NCBI RefSeq assembly: GCF_963921235.1
Contig: NC_086109.1
Span: 620,001 to 684,000 of the forward strand
DNA length: 64,000 nucleotides
Source of the DNA: Mobula hypostoma
Taxonomy: Eukaryota
Direction: 5' to 3'
The position numbers and the translations under genes were made by a program. Position 1 is the first letter of the stretch. Every line of letters starts with the position of its first letter. Of this stretch, positions 24,001 to 37,207 are shown piece by piece. A model generated the notes under the pieces. The model was not told the origin of the DNA, made no database searches, and saw only the letters and a program-made list of their open reading frames with translations.

Positions 24001-27000
24001 GATTCAGGGCAGGAGTTTCAGGGCAGTAGTGTCAGGGTTGTCGTTTCAGGGCAGGTGTTTCAGGGAAGGCGTTTCAGGGCATGAGATTCAAGGCAGGAGT
24101 TTCAGGGTAGATGTTTTAGGGCTATAATTTCAGGGCAGGAGTTGTAGGGCAGGAGTTTCAGGGCAGCAGTTTCAGGGCATGAGATTCAAGGTGGGAGTTT
24201 CAGCGCGAGAGTTTCAAGGCAGCAATTTCAACGTAGGAGTTTCAGATCAGGAGATTCAGGGTAGGAATTTCAGGGCAGTAGTTTCAGGGCAGGAGATTCA
24301 GGGCAGGAGATTCAGGCAGGAGTTTCCAGGCAGGAGTTTCCGGGTAGCAGTTTCAGGGCAGCGGTTTCAGGGCATGAGTTTCAGGGCAGGACTTTCAGGA
24401 CAGGAGTTTCAAGACAGGACTTTCAGGTCATGAGATTCATGGCAGGAGTTAAGGGCTGTAGTTTCAGGGCAGGAGTTTCAAAGACATGAGTTTCAGAGAA
24501 AGAGTTTCACATCAGGAGATTCAGTGTAGAAGTTTCTGTTCAGGAGTTTGAAGGCATGAATGTCAGGGCAGGCGATTCAGGGCAGGGGATTAAGGGCAGG
24601 AGATTAAGGGCATGAGATTCAATGGAGGAGTATCATGGCAGAAGTTTCAGAACAAGTGTTTTACGGCTTGAGTTTCAGGGCTTGACTTTCAGGGCTTGAG
24701 TTTCAGGGCAGAAGTTTCAAGGCAGGAGTTTCAGGGCAGGAGTTTCAGGGCAGGAGATTCAGGGCAGGAGATTCAGGTCAGGAGTTTCAGGGCAGGAGAT
24801 TCAGGGCAGGAGATTCAGGGCAGGGGTTTCAGGGCAGGAGTTTTAAGGCAGGAGTTTCAGGGCAGTGGTTTCAGTGCAGTAGTGTCAGGCCAGGAGCTTT
24901 CGACCAGTAGTTTCATTACATGAATTTCAGAGCAGGAGTTTCACGTCAGGAGATTCAGGGCAGATGTGTCAGGTCAGTAGTTTGAAGGCATGAGTTTTAG
25001 GGCAGGAGATTCAGGGCTGGAGTTTCAGGGAAGGAGATTCAGGACAGGAGCTTCAGGGTCGTACTTTAAGGGAAAGAGTTTTCAGGCAGGAGTTTCAGCG
25101 CAAGAGATTCAGGGCAGCAGTTTCAGCGCAGGAGTTTCCGGGCAGCAGTTTCAGGGCATGGGATTCAAGGCAGGAGTTTCAGGGCAGGAGTTGCAGGGCA
25201 TGTGTTTCAGGTCACGAGATTCAAGGCAGGAGTTTCAGGACTATTGTTTCAGAGCAGGAGTTTCACTTCAGGAGATTCAGTGCAGAAGTTTCATGTCAGG
25301 AGTTTGAAGGCATGAGTTACAGGGCTGGAGATTCAGTGCAGGAGTTTCAGGGCAGGAGATTAAGGGCAGCATTTCAGTTCAGCATTTTCAGGGCAGGAGA
25401 ATCAGGGCAGCAGTTTCAGGGTAGTTATTATAGGGCTATAGTTTCAGGGCAGGAGTTTCAGGGCAGCAGTTTCAGGGCAGGAGTTTCAGGGCAGGAGATT
25501 CAGGGCAGGAGATTCAGGGCAGGAGTTTCAGGGCGGGAGATTCAGGGCAGGAGTTTCAGGGCTGGAGATTCAGGGCAGGAGATTCAGGGCAGGAGATTCA
25601 GGGCAGGAGATTCAGGGCATGAGATTCAGGGCAGGAGTTTCAGGGCAGTGGTTTCAGTGCAGTAGTTTCAGGCCAGGAGCTTTCGGCCAGTATTTTCAGG
25701 ACATGAGTTTCAGAGAAGGAGTTTCACGTCAGGAGATTCAGGGTAGAAGGTTCACGTCAGCACTTTGAAGGAATGAGTTTCAGGGCAGGAGATTCATGGC
25801 AAGAGTTTCAGGGCAGGAGATTCAGGGCAGCAGTTTCAGTGCAGGAGTTTCCGGGCAGCAGTTTCAGGGCATGAGATTCAAGGCAGGAGTTTCAGGGTAT
25901 GAGTTGCAGGCCATGTGTTTCAGATCACGAGATTCAAGGCAGGAGTTTCAGGACTATAGTTTCAGGGCAGGAGTTTCAGGCCATGAGTTTCAGAGCAGGA
26001 GTTTCACGTCAGAAGATTCAGGGCAGATGTGACACGTCAGTAGTTTGAAGGCATGAGTTTTAGGGCAGAAGATTCAGGGCTGGAGTTTCAGGGAAGGACA
26101 TTCAGGACAGGAGCTTCAGGGTCGTACTTTCAGGGAAAGAGTTTTTGGGTAGGAGTTTCAGCGCAAGAGATTCAGGGCAGCAGTTTCAGCGCAGGAGTTT
26201 CCGGGCAGTAGTTTCAGGGCATGAGATTCAAGGCAGGAGTTTCAGGGCATGTGTTTCAGGTCACGAGATTCAAGACAGGAGTTTCAGGACTATTGTTTCA
26301 GGGCAGGAATTTCAGGCCATGAGTTTCCGAGCAGGAGTTTCACTTCAGGAGATTCAGTGCAGAAGTTTCATGTCAGGAGTTTGAAGGCATGAGTTACAGG
26401 GCTGGAGATTCAGGGCAGGAGTTTCAGGGCAGGAGATTAAGGGCAGTAGTTTCAGTGCAGGAGATTCAGGGCAGGAGTTTCAGGGCAGTAGTGTCAGGGT
26501 TGTCGTTTCAGGGCAGGTGTTTCAGGGCAGGCGTTTCAGGGCATGAGATTCAAGGCAGGAGTTTCAGGGTAGATGTTTTAGGGCTATAATTTCAGGGCAG
26601 GAGTTGTAGGGCAGGAGTTTCAGGGCAGCAGTTTCAGGGCATGAGATTCACGGTGGGAGTTTCAGCGCGAGAGTTTCAAGGCAGCAATTTCAACGTAGGA
26701 GTTTCAGATCAGGAGTTTCAGGGTAGGAATTTCAGGGCAGTAGTTTCAGGGCAGGAGATTCAGGGCAGGAGTTTCCGGACAGGAGTTTCCGGGTAGCAGT
26801 TTCAGGGCAGCAGTTTCAGGGCACGAGTTTCAGGGCAGGACTTTCAGGACAGGAGTTTGAAGACAGGAGTTTCAAGTCATGAGATTCATGGCAGGAGTTA
26901 AGGGCTGTAGTTTCAGGGCAGGAGTTTCAAAGACATGAGTTTCAGAGAAAGAGTTTCACATCAGGAGATTCAGTGTAGAAGTTTCATGTCCGGAGTTTGA

Positions 27001-30000
27001 AGGCATGAGTTACAGGGCTGGAGATTCAGGGCAGGAGTTTCAGTGCAGGAGATTCAGGGCAGGAGTTTCAGGGCAGTAGTGTCAGGGTTGTCGTTTCAGG
27101 GCAGGTGTTTCAGGGAAGGCGTTTCAGGGCATGAGATTCAAGGCAGGAGTTTCAGGGTAGATGTTTTAGGGCTATAATTTCAGGGCAGGAGTTGTAGGGC
27201 AGGAGTTTCAGGGCAGCAGTTTCAGGGCATGAGATTCAAGGTGGGAGTTTCAGCGCGAGAGTTTCAAGGCAGCAATTTCAACGTAGGAGTTTCAGATCAG
27301 GAGATTCAGGGTAGGAATTTCAGGGCAGTAGTTTCAGGGCAGGAGATTCAGGGCAGGAGATTCAGGGCAGGAGTTTCCAGGCAGGAGTTTCCGGGTAGCA
27401 GTTTCAGGGCAGCGGTTTCAGGGCATGAGTTTCAGGGCAGGACTTTCAGGACAGGAGTTTCAAGACAGGACTTTCAGGTCATGAGATTCATGGCAGGAGT
27501 TAAGGGCTGTAGTTTCAGGGCAGGAGTTTCAAAGACATGAGTTTCAGAGAAAGAGTTTCACATCAGGAGATTCAGTGTAGAAGTTTCTGTTCAGGAGTTT
27601 GAAGGCATGAATGTCAGGGCAGGCGATTCAGGGCAGGGGATTAAGGGCAGGAGATTAAGGGCATGAGATTCAATGGAGGAGTATCATGGCAGAAGTTTCA
27701 GAACAAGTGTTTTACGGCTTGAGTTTCAGGGCTTGACTTTCAGGGCTTGAGTTTCAGGGCAGAAGTTTCAAGGCAGGAGTTTCAGGGCAGGAGTTTCAGG
27801 GCAGGAGATTCAGGGCAGGAGATTCAGGTCAGGAGTTTCAGGGCAGGAGATTCAGGGCAGGAGATTCAGGGCAGGGGTTTCAGGGCAGGAGTTTTAAGGC
27901 AGGAGTTTCAGGGCAGTGGTTTCAGTGCAGTAGTGTCAGGCCAGGAGCTTTCGACCAGTAGTTTCAGTACATGAATTTCAGAGCAGGAGTTTCACGTCAG
28001 GAGATTCAGGGCAGATGTGTCAGGTCAGTAGTTTGAAGGCATGAGTTTTAGGGCAGGAGATTCAGGGCTGGAGTTTCAGGGAAGGAGATTCAGGACAGGA
28101 GCTTCAGGGTCGTACTTTAAGGGAAAGAGTTTTCAGGCAGGAGTTTCAGCGCAAGAGATTCAGGGCAGCAGTTTCAGCGCAGGAGTTTCCGGGCAGCAGT
28201 TTCAGGGCATGGGATTCAAGGCAGGAGTTTCAGGGCAGGAGTTGCAGGGCATGTGTTTCAGGTCACGAGATTCAAGGCAGGAGTTTCAGGACTATTGTTT
28301 CAGAGCAGGAGTTTCACTTCAGGAGATTCAGTGCAGAAGTTTCATGTCAGGAGTTTGAAGGCATGAGTTACAGGGCTGGAGATTCAGTGCAGGAGTTTCA
28401 GGGCAGGAGATTAAGGGCAGCATTTCAGTTCAGCATTTTCAGGGCAGGAGAATCAGGGCAGCAGTTTCAGGGTAGTTATTATAGGGCTATAGTTTCAGGG
28501 CAGGAGTTTCAGGGCAGCAGTTTCAGGGCATGAGATTCAGGGCAGGAGTTTCAGGTCATGAGATTCAGGGCAGGAGTTTCAGGGCATGAGATTCTGTGCA
28601 GGAGTTTCAGGGCAGTAGTGTCAGGGCTGTCGTTTCAGGGCAGGTATTTCAGGGCAGGCGTTTCAGGGCATGAGATTCAGGGCAGGAGTTTCCGGGTAGT
28701 TGTTTTAGGGCTATAGATTCAGGGAAGGAGTTGTAGGGCAGGAGTTTCAGGGAAGGAGATTCAGGATAGGAGCTTCAGGGTCGTACTTTCAGGGAAAGAG
28801 TTTATCGGGCAGGAGTTTCAGCGCAAGAGATTCAGGGCAGCAGTTTCAGCGCAGGAGTTTCCGGGCAGCAGTTTCAGGGCATGAGATTTAAGGCAGGAGT
28901 TTCAGGGCATGAGTTGCAGGGCATGTTTTTCAGGTCACGAGATTCAAGGCAGGAGTTTCAGGACTATAGTTTCAGAGCAGGAGTTTCACTTCAGGAGATT
29001 CAGTGTAGAAGTTTCATGTCCGGAGTTTGAAGGCATGAGTTACAGGGCTGGAGATTCAGGGCAGGAGTTTCAGGGCAGGAGATTAAGGGCAGCAGTTTCA
29101 TGGCAGGAGATTCAGGGCAGCAGTTTCAGGGTAGCTGTTTCAGGGCTGTAGTTTCATGCAGGAGTTTCAGGGCAGCAGTTTCAGGTCATGAGATTCAGTG
29201 CAGGAGTTTCAGGGCAGTAATTTAAGGGCAGGAGTTTCAGGGCAGGATTTTCAGGGCAGGAGTTTCAGGGCAGTAGAGTCAGGGTTGTCGTTTCAGGGCA
29301 GGTGTTTCAAGGCAGGAGTTTCAGGGCATGAGATTCAGGGCAGGAGTTTCAGGGTAGATGTTTTAGGGCTATAGTTTCAGGGCAGGAGTTGTAGGGCAGG
29401 AGTTTCAGGAGAGCAGTTTCAGGGCATGAGATTCAAGGTGGGAGTTTCAGCGCGAGAGTGTCAGGGCAGCAATTTCAACGTAGGAGTTTCAGGGCAGGAG
29501 TTTCAGGGCAGGAGTTTCAAGGCAGGAATTTCAGGGCAGTAGTTTCAGGGCAGGAGATTCAGAGCAGGAGATTCAGGGCAGGAGTTTCCGGACAGGAGTT
29601 TCCGGGTAGCAGTTTCAGGGCAGCAGTTTCAGGGCACGACTTTCAGGGCAGGACTTTCAGGACAGGAGTTTGAAGACAGGAGTTTCAAGTCATGAGATTC
29701 ATGGCAGGAGTTAAGGGCTGTAGTTTCAGGGCAGGAGTTTCAAAGACATGAGTTTCAGAGAAAGAGTTTCACATCAGGAGATTCAGTGTAGAAGTTTCTG
29801 TTCAGGAGTTTGAAGGCATGAATGTCAGGGCAGGCGATTCAGGGCAGGGGATTAAGGGCAGGAGATTAAGGGCATGAGATTCAATGGAGGAGTATCATGG
29901 CAGAAGTTTCAGGACAGGTGTTTTACGGCTTGAGTTTCAGGGCTTGACTTTCAGGGCTTGAGTTTCAGGGCAGGAGTTACAGGGCAGGAGTTTCAGGGCA

Positions 30001-33000
30001 GGAGATTCAGGGCAGGAGATTCAGGGCAGGAGTTTCAGGGCGGGAGATTCAGGGCAGGAGTTTCAGGGCTGGAGATTCAGGGCAGGAGATTCAGGGCAGG
30101 AGATTCAGGGCAGGAGATTCAGGGCATGAGATTCAGGGCAGGAGTTTCAGGGCAGTGGTTTCAGTGCAGTAGTTTCAGGCCAGGAGCTTTCGGCCAGTAT
30201 TTTCAGGACATGAGTTTCAGAGAAGGAGTTTCACGTCAGGAGATTCAGGGTAGAAGGTTCACGTCAGCACTTTGAAGGAATGAGTTTCAGGGCAGGAGAT
30301 TCATGGCAAGAGTTTCAGGGCAGGAGATTCAGGGCAGCAGTTTCAGTGCAGGAGTTTCCGGGCAGCAGTTTCAGGGCATGAGATTCAAGGCAGGAGTTTC
30401 AGGGCATGAGTTGCAGGGCATGTTTTTCAGGTCACGAGATTCAAGGCAGGAGTTTCAGGACTATAGTTTCAGAGCAGGAGTTTCACTTCAGGAGATTCAG
30501 TGTAGAAGTTTCATGTCCGGAGTTTGAAGGCATGAGTTACAGGGCTGGAGATTCAGGGCAGGAGTTTCAGGGCAGGAGATTAAGGGCAGCAGTTTCATGG
30601 CAGGAGATTCAGGGCAGCAGTTTCAGGGTAGCTGTTTCAGGGCTGTAGTTTCATGCAGGAGTTTCAGGGCAGCAGTTTCAGGTCATGAGATTCAGTGCAG
30701 GAGTTTCAGGGCAGTAATTTAAGGGCAGGAGTTTCAGGGCAGGATTTTCAGGGCAGGAGTTTCAGGGCAGTAGAGTCAGGGTTGTCGTTTCAGGGCAGGT
30801 GTTTCAAGGCAGGAGTTTCAGGGCATGAGATTCAGGGCAGGAGTTTCAGGGTAGATGTTTTAGGGCTATAGTTTCAGGGCAGGAGTTGTAGGGCAGGAGT
30901 TTCAGGAGAGCAGTTTCAGGGCATGAGATTCAAGGTGGGAGTTTCAGCGCGAGAGTGTCAGGGCAGCAATTTCAACGTAGGAGTTTCAGGGCAGGAGTTT
31001 CAGGGCAGGAGTTTCAAGGCAGGAATTTCAGGGCAGTAGTTTCAGGGCAGGAGATTCAGAGCAGGAGATTCAGGGCAGGAGTTTCCGGACAGGAGTTTCC
31101 GGGTAGCAGTTTCAGGGCAGCAGTTTCAGGGCACGACTTTCAGGGCAGGACTTTCAGGACAGGAGTTTGAAGACAGGAGTTTCAAGTCATGAGATTCATG
31201 GCAGGAGTTAAGGGCTGTAGTTTCAGGGCAGGAGTTTCAAAGACATGAGTTTCAGAGAAAGAGTTTCACATCAGGAGATTCAGTGTAGAAGTTTCTGTTC
31301 AGGAGTTTGAAGGCATGAATGTCAGGGCAGGCGATTCAGGGCAGGGGATTAAGGGCAGGAGATTAAGGGCATGAGATTCAATGGAGGAGTATCATGGCAG
31401 AAGTTTCAGGACAGGTGTTTTACGGCTTGAGTTTCAGGGCTTGACTTTCAGGGCTTGAGTTTCAGGGCAGGAGTTACAGGGCAGGAGTTTCAGGGCAGGA
31501 GATTCAGGGCAGGAGATTCAGGGCAGGAGTTTCAGGGCGGGAGATTCAGGGCAGGAGTTTCAGGGCTGGAGATTCAGGGCAGGAGATTCAGGGCAGGAGA
31601 TTCAGGGCAGGAGATTCAGGGCATGAGATTCAGGGCAGGAGTTTCAGGGCAGTGGTTTCAGTGCAGTAGTTTCAGGCCAGGAGCTTTCGGCCAGTATTTT
31701 CAGGACATGAGTTTCAGAGAAGGAGTTTCACGTCAGGAGATTCAGGGTAGAAGGTTCACGTCAGCACTTTGAAGGAATGAGTTTCAGGGCAGGAGATTCA
31801 TGGCAAGAGTTTCAGGGCAGGAGATTCAGGGCAGCAGTTTCAGTGCAGGAGTTTCCGGGCAGCAGTTTCAGGGCATGAGATTCAAGGCAGGAGTTTCAGG
31901 GTATGAGTTGCAGGCCATGTGTTTCAGATCACGAGATTCAAGGCAGGAGTTTCAGGACTATAGTTTCAGGGCAGGAGTTTCAGGCCATGAGTTTCAGAGC
32001 AGGAGTTTCACGTCAGGAGATTCAGGGCAGATGTGACACGTCAGTAGTTTGAAGGCATGAGTTTTAGGGCAGAAGATTCAGGGCTGGAGTTTCAGGGAAG
32101 GACATTCAGGACAGGAGCTTCAGGGTCGTACTTTCAGGGAAAGAGTTTTTGGGTAGGAGTTTCAGCGCAAGAGATTCAGGGCAGCAGTTTCAGCGCAGGA
32201 GTTTCCGGGCAGTAGTTTCAGGGCATGAGATTCAAGGCAGGAGTTTCAGGGCATGTGTTTCAGGTCACGAGATTCAAGACAGGAGTTTCAGGACTATTGT
32301 TTCAGGGCAGGAATTTCAGGCCATGAGTTTCCGAGCAGGAGTTTCACTTCAGGAGATTCAGTGCAGAAGTTTCATGTCAGGAGTTTGAAGGCATGAGTTA
32401 CAGGGCTGGAGATTCAGGGCAGGAGTTTCAGGGCAGGAGATTAAGGGCAGTAGTTTCAGTGCAGGAGATTCAGGGCAGGAGTTTCAGGGCAGTAGTGTCA
32501 GGGTTGTCGTTTCAGGGCAGGTGTTTCAGGGCAGGCGTTTCAGGGCATGAGATTCAAGGCAGGAGTTTCAGGGTAGATGTTTTAGGGCTATAATTTCAGG
32601 GCAGGAGTTGTAGGGCAGGAGTTTCAGGGCAGCAGTTTCAGGGCATGAGATTCACGGTGGGAGTTTCAGCGCGAGAGTTTCAAGGCAGCAATTTCAACGT
32701 AGGAGTTTCAGATCAGGAGTTTCAGGGTAGGAATTTCAGGGCAGTAGTTTCAGGGCAGGAGATTCAGGGCAGGAGTTTCCGGACAGGAGTTTCCGGGTAG
32801 CAGTTTCAGGGCAGCAGTTTCAGGGCACGAGTTTCAGGGCAGGACTTTCAGGACAGGAGTTTGAAGACAGGAGTTTCAAGTCATGAGATTCATGGCAGGA
32901 GTTAAGGGCTGTAGTTTCAGGGCAGGAGTTTCAAAGACATGAGTTTCAGAGAAAGAGTTTCACATCAGGAGATTCAGTGTAGAAGTTTCATGTCCGGAGT

Positions 33001-36000
33001 TTGAAGGCATGAGTTACAGGGCTGGAGATTCAGGGCAGGAGTTTCAGTGCAGGAGATTCAGGGCAGGAGTTTCAGGGCAGTAGTGTCAGGGTTGTCGTTT
33101 CAGGGCAGGTGTTTCAGGGAAGGCGTTTCAGGGCATGAGATTCAAGGCAGGAGTTTCAGGGTAGATGTTTTAGGGCTATAATTTCAGGGCAGGAGTTGTA
33201 GGGCAGGAGTTTCAGGGCAGCAGTTTCAGGGCATGAGATTCAAGGTGGGAGTTTCAGCGCGAGAGTTTCAAGGCAGCAATTTCAACGTAGGAGTTTCAGA
33301 TCAGGAGATTCAGGGTAGGAATTTCAGGGCAGTAGTTTCAGGGCAGGAGATTCAGGGCAGGAGATTCAGGCAGGAGTTTCCAGGCAGGAGTTTCCGGGTA
33401 GCAGTTTCAGGGCAGCGGTTTCAGGGCATGAGTTTCAGGGCAGGACTTTCAGGACAGGAGTTTCAAGACAGGACTTTCAGGTCATGAGATTCATGGCAGG
33501 AGTTAAGGGCTGTAGTTTCAGGGCAGGAGTTTCAAAGACATGAGTTTCAGAGAAAGAGTTTCACATCAGGAGATTCAGTGTAGAAGTTTCTGTTCAGGAG
33601 TTTGAAGGCATGAATGTCAGGGAAGGCGATTCAGGGCAGGGGATTAAGGGCAGGAGATTAAGGGCATGAGATTCAATGGAGGAGTATCATGGCAGAAGTT
33701 TCAGAACAAGTGTTTTACGGCTTGAGTTTCAGGGCTTGACTTTCAGGGCTTGAGTTTCAGGGCAGAAGTTTCAAGGCAGGAGTTTCAGGGCAGGAGTTTC
33801 AGGGCAGGAGATTCAGGGCAGGAGATTCAGGTCAGGAGTTTCAGGGCAGGAGATTCAGGGCAGGAGATTCAGGGCAGGGGTTTCAGGGCAGGAGTTTTAA
33901 GGCAGGAGTTTCAGGGCAGTGGTTTCAGTGCAGTAGTGTCAGGCCAGGAGCTTTCGACCAGTAGTTTCAGTACATGAATTTCAGAGCAGGAGTTTCACGT
34001 CAGGAGATTCAGGGCAGATGTGTCAGGTCAGTAGTTTGAAGGCATGAGTTTTAGGGCAGGAGATTCAGGGCTGGAGTTTCAGGGAAGGAGATTCAGGACA
34101 GGAGCTTCAGGGTCGTACTTTAAGGGAAAGAGTTTTCAGGCAGGAGTTTCAGCGCAAGAGATTCAGGGCAGCAGTTTCAGCGCAGGAGTTTCCGGGCAGC
34201 AGTTTCAGGGCATGGGATTCAAGGCAGGAGTTTCAGGGCAGGAGTTGCAGGGCATGTGTTTCAGGTCACGAGATTCAAGGCAGGAGTTTCAGGACTATTG
34301 TTTCAGAGCAGGAGTTTCACTTCAGGAGATTCAGTGCAGAAGTTTCATGTCAGGAGTTTGAAGGCATGAGTTACAGGGCTGGAGATTCAGTGCAGGAGTT
34401 TCAGGGCAGGAGATTAAGGGCAGCATTTCAGTTCAGCATTTTCAGGGCAGGAGAATCAGGGCAGCAGTTTCAGGGTAGTTATTATAGGGCTATAGTTTCA
34501 GGGCAGGAGTTTCAGGGCAGCAGTTTCAGGGCATGAGATTCAGGGCAGGAGTTTCAGGTCATGAGATTCAGGGCAGGAGTTTCAGGGCATGAGATTCTGT
34601 GCAGGAGTTTCAGGGCAGTAGTGTCAGGGCTGTCGTTTCAGGGCAGGTATTTCAGGGCAGGCGTTTCAGGGCATGAGATTCAGGGCAGGAGTTTCCGGGT
34701 AGTTGTTTTAGGGCTATAGATTCAGGGAAGGAGTTGTAGGGCAGGAGTTTCAGGGAAGGAGATTCAGGACAGGAGCTTCAGGGTCGTACTTTCAGGGAAA
34801 GAGTTTATCGGGCAGGAGTTTCAGCGCAAGAGATTCAGGGCAGCAGTTTCAGCGCAGGAGTTTCCGGGCAGCAGTTTCAGGGCATGAGATTTAAGGCAGG
34901 AGTTTCAGGGCATGAGTTGCAGGGCATGTTTTTCAGGTCACGAGATTCAAGGCAGGAGTTTCAGGACTATAGTTTCAGAGCAGGAGTTTCACTTCAGGAG
35001 ATTCAGTGTAGAAGTTTCATGTCCGGAGTTTGAAGGCATGAGTTACAGGGCTGGAGATTCAGGGCAGGAGTTTCAGGGCAGGAGATTAAGGGCAGCAGTT
35101 TCAGGTCATGAGATTCAGTGCAGGAGTTTCAGGGCAGTAATTTAAGGGCAGGAGTTTCAGGGCAGGATTTTCAGGGCAGGAGTTTCAGGGCAGTAGAGTC
35201 AGGGTTGTCGTTTCAGGGCAGGTGTTTCAAGGCAGGAGTTTCAGGGCATGAGATTCAGGGCAGGAGTTTCAGGGTAGATGTTTTAGGGCTATAGTTTCAG
35301 GGCAGGAGTTGTAGGGCAGGAGTTTCAGGAGAGCAGTTTCAGGGCATGAGATTCAAGGTGGGAGTTTCAGCGCGAGAGTGTCAGGGCAGCAATTTCAACG
35401 TAGGAGTTTCAGGGCAGGAGTTTCAGGGCAGGAGTTTCAAGGCAGGAATTTCAGGGCAGTAGTTTCAGGGCAGGAGATTCAGAGCAGGAGATTCAGGGCA
35501 GGAGTTTCCGGACAGGAGTTTCCGGGTAGCAGTTTCAGGGCAGCAGTTTCAGGGCACGACTTTCAGGGCAGGACTTTCAGGACAGGAGTTTGAAGACAGG
35601 AGTTTCAAGTCATGAGATTCATGGCAGGAGTTAAGGGCTGTAGTTTCAGGGCAGGAGTTTCAAAGACATGAGTTTCAGAGAAAGAGTTTCACATCAGGAG
35701 ATTCAGTGTAGAAGTTTCTGTTCAGGAGTTTGAAGGCATGAATGTCAGGGCAGGCGATTCAGGGCAGGGGATTAAGGGCAGGAGATTAAGGGCATGAGAT
35801 TCAATGGAGGAGTATCATGGCAGAAGTTTCAGGACAGGTGTTTTACGGCTTGAGTTTCAGGGCTTGACTTTCAGGGCTTGAGTTTCAGGGCAGGAGTTAC
35901 AGGGCAGGAGTTTCAGGGCAGGAGATTCAGGGCAGGAGATTCAGGGCAGGAGTTTCAGGGCGGGAGATTCAGGGCAGGAGTTTCAGGGCTGGAGATTCAG

Positions 36001-37207
36001 GGCAGGAGATTCAGGGCAGGAGATTCAGGGCAGGAGATTCAGGGCATGAGATTCAGGGCAGGAGTTTCAGGGCAGTGGTTTCAGTGCAGTAGTTTCAGGC
36101 CAGGAGCTTTCGGCCAGTATTTTCAGGACATGAGTTTCAGAGAAGGAGTTTCACGTCAGGAGATTCAGGGTAGAAGGTTCACGTCAGCACTTTGAAGGAA
36201 TGAGTTTCAGGGCAGGAGATTCATGGCAAGAGTTTCAGGGCAGGAGATTCAGGGCAGCAGTTTCAGTGCAGGAGTTTCCGGGCAGCAGTTTCAGGGCATG
36301 AGATTCAAGGCAGGAGTTTCAGGGTATGAGTTGCAGGCCATGTGTTTCAGATCACGAGATTCAAGGCAGGAGTTTCAGGACTATAGTTTCAGGGCAGGAG
36401 TTTCAGGCCATGAGTTTCAGAGCAGGAGTTTCACGTCAGGAGATTCAGGGCAGATGTGACACGTCAGTAGTTTGAAGGCATGAGTTTTAGGGCAGAAGAT
36501 TCAGGGCTGGAGTTTCAGGGAAGGACATTCAGGACAGGAGCTTCAGGGTCGTACTTTCAGGGAAAGAGTTTTTGGGTAGGAGTTTCAGCGCAAGAGATTC
36601 AGGGCAGCAGTTTCAGCGCAGGAGTTTCCGGGCAGTAGTTTCAGGGCATGAGATTCAAGGCAGGAGTTTCAGGGCATGTGTTTCAGGTCACGAGATTCAA
36701 GACAGGAGTTTCAGGACTATTGTTTCAGGGCAGGAATTTCAGGCCATGAGTTTCCGAGCAGGAGTTTCACTTCAGGAGATTCAGTGCAGAAGTTTCATGT
36801 CAGGAGTTTGAAGGCATGAGTTACAGGGCTGGAGATTCAGGGCAGGAGTTTCAGGGCAGGAGATTAAGGGCAGTAGTTTCAGTGCAGGAGATTCAGGGCA
36901 GGAGTTTCAGGGCAGTAGTGTCAGGGTTGTCGTTTCAGGGCAGGTGTTTCAGGGCAGGCGTTTCAGGGCATGAGATTCAAGGCAGGAGTTTCAGGGTAGA
37001 TGTTTTAGGGCTATAATTTCAGGGCAGGAGTTGTAGGGCAGGAGTTTCAGGGCAGCAGTTTCAGGGCATGAGATTCACGGTGGGAGTTTCAGCGCGAGAG
37101 TTTCAAGGCAGCAATTTCAACGTAGGAGTTTCAGATCAGGAGTTTCAGGGTAGGAATTTCAGGGCAGTAGTTTCAGGGCAGGAGATTCAGGGCAGGAGTT
37201 TCCGGAC
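1..37207 (+). repeat. Higher-order repeat domain, basic unit 4493 bp (~321 monomers), with length variants
   Basis: Near-identical marker ORFs recur at 514, 5007, 9500 (spacing 4493), then 16064, 21228, 29458, 30955, 35378. Variant monomers recur in the same order. A further HOR-derived stretch lies at ~39074-42490. Confidence 0.93.
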
